From contig RDEW01000010.1 in the NCBI GenBank assembly GCA_011109175.1, positions 727,837-791,836 on the forward strand: a stretch of 64,000 bases of DNA. The letters are read 5' to 3'. The DNA is from Dicyema japonicum (Eukaryota > Animalia > Dicyemida). The translations under genes and the position numbers were made by a program. Below the pieces are notes generated by a model. That model had not been told where the DNA came from. It saw nothing but the letters and a program-made list of their open reading frames with translations, and searched no databases. Numbering within the stretch: position 1 is the stretch's first letter; each line of letters begins with the position of its first letter. This document shows positions 59,283 to 64,000 of the stretch, piece by piece.

Positions 59283-59580
59283 CAGGGGCGTGCCAAAGCT
59301 TTTTTAATTTACTAAACACTAAACAAAGTCACTTGCTTTCATGTCCAATCGCTCCTTTGCTGTAAAAAGTCTATATCACAGCCTCTCTTGTCAGGAGTTT
59401 CTTTTCAATGCTGATCAAAGATAAACGAGAGGCGCTGATTTGATATCGAAGACTTCAAATATGTTTTTATCTGTTTAACCTTGAAAAGAACGTTCACAAC
59501 CATCAATTGAGTAGCCAACTGTGAGTATTAAACGATATGCTATGCACAAAGTCGGAAAAAGATCCCAGATGCAATAATCC
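59283..59580 (-). mobile_element. hAT 3' end remnant
   Basis: CAGGGGCGTG terminus; paralogous to 24420-24640. Confidence 0.7.
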
Positions 59581-59589
59581 CTTAAGAAC

Positions 59590-60530
59590 ACGCTAACATT
59601 GATGAAGCTCCGACAACGCTACAGGCACATCTCGATAATTATAACATCACTGTTATTTGACAATCAGCTTACACCTTAGCCGTCGAAATACACCATTACA
59701 GCTTTTACTTTTAATTGTCAACTATTTAATGTCAACCGTGAAGTAAAGATCTTTGAAAAAGTTCCCCCTGTGACAAAAACTGCTAAGATACTTGGGATAA
59801 TTTAAAATCAATCCCCTTCGCGGAACATGTTATCGTGAAGGCCAGACGAAACTTAATCCTGCTATTTCTGAAGTCAAACTAAAACTTATATTCAAACAAT
59901 TCATCAGAACTGCCCAGAACTACCCTAGTCCCGGCCTGTCTAGCTGTGTTTCGTACTCAAATTTACAAAAAAAAACTTAAAAAACTCAAAGAGTGGGCTT
60001 GCGAGCAATTACAAATTGTAGCCTGGGTACATCTGTAGACCATCTACATTGGGGAACTTGCATTCTTCTAATGGAAGATTATTTTTCGTGCGAAACTTAC
60101 AATTCCTTAATGACGAACGAATCCTGTGCATCTCTCTCAATGACCTAACCGAAACAACAAATCACAGATTTATTGTTTCTACGGTCATAAACAGAAATTG
60201 GATGCTAAGAAAATTCATCCCCCATCTCAAAAGTTTACCATGACGAGAACAATCCATGATTTTTGTATAGAATAGGGCCAACCATTGCCAAAACCTTGTT
60301 GGCAGGCCTCCTCCACCAATCGACTATTCGGAAACAATCCTTGCAAATTCGCTCTGGACTCTGGGGTGTATTTGAGTTTTGGATCCCCTCACCGGACCAA
60401 CTAAGTGACATTATTTATCAAATCCTTTCCGGACCACCAATGACACTAAGGGACTTTCAGTCTGGATGGACGCTTGATGGACACATGTTTGTGAGGTCAG
60501 GGTAACTAATTAACTATTTGGAAGCTTTTT
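59590..60530 (+). mobile_element. Decayed I-group/Vingi-like LINE fragments
   Basis: KILGI, FKQFIR, TSVDHLH; end GTGAGGTCAGGGTAACTAATTAAC. Confidence 0.45.
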
Positions 60531-61159
60531 GATATAAGGATAAACATTCTTGATGCCTGGAAGATATGAGATTCCCCTTCACTGAACAGGCCCATTTGCC
60601 TCCTCTGATCATGAGTGAAATTCTGGATAAACTAATTCTAGATAAACTTATCGATCACGACTTACCTGACGACCAAAACAGGATTCAATTCTGAAGGCAT
60701 ACGATATCAGTTACACAGTGCACAACGATGATTACCTTGTCTCCCGTTTTATTTAACTTATTCCTGCGTTGCTTGCTATGAAATATATGGATGATATAAT
60801 CTTCGAATTTAGGGACCGATCGGTCCGAAGAAAAGTTAAACTCATTATCCACAAAAGCGGAGAAGTAATGCACTACGATATTTACCTTTAATAAAAGGCT
60901 GACCAAATCTGACATATTTATGGTTCTTAACAGATAACAAAATCTTGCACAAAGTGAAAAACTTGAGTCACTTTCGACTCTTGTGACTGAAAGGTTTCAG
61001 CCACTAAGATAATGCGTATTTTAGGGTCTTTCTTATCAACTCATCGTTTGACCTGTTTGACTAAATGATCCAACAAGAATATGTATCTTTAATTTAAGAA
61101 TCACCATTAAATTAAAGAAGAGAATTAGGTGACCAAACATTTCTTAGCTAACACCTTTT

Positions 61160-61290
61160 CAAGTAAAGGAGATCCCAAAGAGCGCTGCTGGTTATTTGAG
61201 CAAATCTCGTTCGCCATCCTGAGAGCTATACCCAGTTAGGGACCCGCTGTATGACTATTTGCTCACTTTTTTCTGTAGTAAATTTTTAAT
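61160..61290 (+). mobile_element. CRE 3' fragment
   Basis: GDPKERCWLFEQISFAILR. Confidence 0.7.
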
Positions 61291-61317
61291 ATCCACTCAT
61301 ACAAAATAATAAAAAAA

Positions 61318-61997
61318 TCATTTATTAACAAGTGACACATGCTTGTTAGAAACTAAAAACAGTTTATTGGCGGATATTTTATTAATAATTTTATCCCAAT
61401 ATTCATCAGAAATGGAAATGCCCAAACAGCTCACAACTCTTCTACGAAGAGATGATTTCTTCAACCGAGGTTTAGAGGACTCCTTCAACGATGAAATTAC
61501 CGATGCAATCACTGTCTTTGATGTCTTCTCATTCGCTATTGGTTTTGATTCAATTTTAGGAGCAGAGTTAACGGAAGACACAATTTCCCATACTTTTTCG
61601 ATAACAGTCTCATTCCTGATCGTAAGGGCACTCATTAAGTAATTCTACAATCAGAAAATTCATACTTTAAATGCTTTTGGCTTTATAGGAAGATTGGAGA
61701 CGTTAGCAAGGCTTCGAAGAATGGAAATTATTTGTGGTGAGATTCCCAAAGGAGGATCTAACAAACAAGCTCGAATGTTAGATTGAAACATGTCCTTTTT
61801 GGGCGTTGATTTTGGAGTTAGCCCACACATGTCGTGTGAGAAATAATTTTGGAGACTAAACGTTAGGGAATTAATTACTCAAAAGTCAATCTGCATTCAA
61901 TACAGGACAATGTACTGAACTTACATTCATTCAGATGTCCTGATACTTGACGTTTTTGTAGCGAAGATCCACATTCGTCACATACAAATATAACCAT
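61318..61997 (-). CDS. LYAR: LYAR (cell growth-regulating nucleolar protein); 3 exons
   Basis: MVIFVCDECGSSLQKRQVSGHLNECKFSTLSCIECRLTF (LYAR C2HC fingers), NETVIEKVWEI, C-terminal LRRRV..NKISAN. Introns 61856-61878 (23 nt) and 61645-61665 (21 nt). The frame near 61690 should be rechecked. Confidence 0.85.
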
Positions 61998-62589
61998 AAC
62001 GTGATTTTAACTTAAATTTTCATGATTTAAATAAATTATAATTTTAATATATAAAAATTAATTTTTATAAACTCAAAATTGATTCAAATTTATAATCTTA
62101 CAAATCTATTAAAATAAATAAAATAAAATCTTACAAATCTGAAAACCTTGTATCAGCTTTTGCCTTTCCATTTTTTTTCCTGTCATACCGTTTCCGATTC
62201 CGTAATTAAGAAGAAATAATTAACGGCAAACACTTTATTGATAATAGTTAAACAATCAATTCGAGGACCATACGGGAACCGCAAATACCCTCATAGGATT
62301 TTTACGGAAGTTGGCTCAAACAGGCATCTTACTATCAAAGATCCGATGTCATGTTGGAATGAAACCGATTTTGGTTATAACATTTTTTTAAAAGGTTTTG
62401 GGTCTCATTGGACCGATCTGAGTAAGAGGCTGTCAGAATAAAGTTGGAAATAGAGAAACTTCAACACAAGAGGTGTTCCATGGTATTTCTCACCCTTCTA
62501 CGGGAAAAAGACTCGTCGGGCCTTCTGTTTGTACTGTCGAGTTCAAGGAGTTCAAGTTGTACTGGACTATTATCTTTATTTAACAAACA

Positions 62590-63565
62590 ATAAAAAAGTT
62601 AATATATTTATTAATCAACTACCTTCCTCGCCTGCCTGTTCGACAGCCTCCTCAGGCAGGTTCGATTCTGGTTGCTGAAACAACTCCGAGAGCGCATTGT
62701 CAAATTGAACCCTCTGCCCATATGGCATCTCAGGGCTCTGCCTCCTATACTCCAGTGTCAGACTCTCTAGGGTCCGCTTTAATACAGTGGACTGTAGATA
62801 GGCCTAGAGCTTCCTATCTACCCCCAACTGCTTCAGATAACCCTTGTGGTACTTTGTTGCAATTCCTTCCCACGTCATTACTATAGGAATAACGAGGACC
62901 TTGCAACCAAGCATCTGCCCCATCTCGTTTGCAAGAAAGTCATACTTCCTTTTTTTCTCCACCTCCACAGTCTGCAAACGGTCTTGAGACGTGATGCCAA
63001 CCTCTATGATAAGGACTTGGCCAGACTCCTTATCGTGTACCACAATGTCCGGTTTATTGTGCTTGACTAGCACCGAGGTACGGATAACACTGTCTACCTT
63101 AATTTGGACCCTGGTGTTCTCTACTACAGATTGCACCTTATGAGTCCGCAACTTTCTGGTGTGGCGAATACCATACTTATTGCATAGTAGAAGATGAAGA
63201 CTCCTTACTACCTCGTTATGCCTCCACACATAGTCGTGGCAGAGCATGGATCCACATCGAGTGGCTAAATGATCAACCGACATGCTCCTTGACTTACAGT
63301 GGGGACATGTATTTGTTGATCGACCCCAAAAAATATTGCGGTCTTGCATATACGTGTACAGCGCCTCCGATCGAGGTGAGTTGTCACCGTATTTTAGCCA
63401 TATTGTCGACGACTTAAGGTCGACATGTGGGTTGTCCAATGCTCTAAAGAGGACTTTATGAAGGTTTTTTAAGTTGATCTTTTCCATCAAATTATTATAT
63501 TGTAATTCGATCAACGCCTTCACATTTACTAGCCCACCATCATGAACACCATACTTAGCAGACAA
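62590..63565 (-). mobile_element. RLE-type (R4/NeSL-like) LINE, 5'-truncated, C-terminal ORF intact
   Basis: 253 aa ORF: CPHC..SVDHLATRC (CCHC), RHNEVV, HNKPDI, IIEVGIT, KKRKYD. Confidence 0.9.
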
Positions 63566-64000
63566 AAAAGGTTTGATAGTGCCTAGGTGGGTTGCCCGTG
63601 TTTTCTCGGTCGTTATTATGGCGTGCTTCCTAGCAGTAATAATATTAATTAAAATTTTTAATTAGCGAAAAAAATCAAAATATTAAAAAAAAATTTAATT
63701 ATAACTTTTATTGTGATGTCTGATGATCCGTCGCAAAATGATGACCCTTTTAAGAATCTACGAAGAAAAGTCTTGTTTAATTTCAATGGTAGAACCCAGA
63801 ATTAGAAAAACGGTTGATTGAACTCAAAAAACGCCAGTTTTCCCGCGAATACAATAAAATGACCTCAAATGTTTCCTCACGTGGGTGAAAACTCAAACAG
63901 TTGCTAAAGAAGGTAAATCATATTAAATATGGAAGTGAGAGTGGTTGAAAAGAGTTTAATGTCACTGTTTAATTTTATAACGACTGTTGTATGTGCTTTT

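Noticed and set aside
1-64000. CRISPR arrays, rRNA, intact tRNA genes, telomeric repeats, alternative genetic code
   Set aside because: No regularly spaced repeat-spacer array or rRNA-like segment; tRNA-like sequence occurs only as SINE heads; host genes end in TAA/TAG/TGA with no consistent in-frame stop reassignment

Overview
AT-rich eukaryotic nuclear DNA, almost certainly from an animal with extremely small spliceosomal introns. All 24 introns I could resolve in the five recognisable host genes are 21-26 nt GT-AG, several at positions I recall as shared with vertebrate orthologues. A dicyemid-like reduced parasite is the best guess (inference). The five host genes are an MBOAT lysophospholipid acyltransferase, TOP1, AP-1 sigma, DDX46/Prp5 and LYAR. 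They are 0.5-2.7 kb islands in a dense field of transposon copies: CRE-clade RLE LINEs with an N-terminal PHD finger, Vingi/Ingi-like APE LINEs, RTE LINEs, R4/NeSL-type RLE LINEs, a Penelope-like remnant, a tRNA-derived SINE, and Tigger/pogo, Tc1, hAT and Ginger DNA transposons. The most interesting signal is the Vingi-like system. Its 5' ends fold as an HDV-like nested double pseudoknot with compensatory changes between subfamilies, followed by a 2A-like NPGP peptide before the APE domain. Several 125-350 nt non-autonomous elements consist only of that 5' module joined to the LINE 3' end. Single-base indels, mostly in homopolymers, break even essential genes (TOP1, DDX46), so many frameshifts are probably sequencing errors. 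Element boundaries for decayed TE fragments are approximate and were read by eye.
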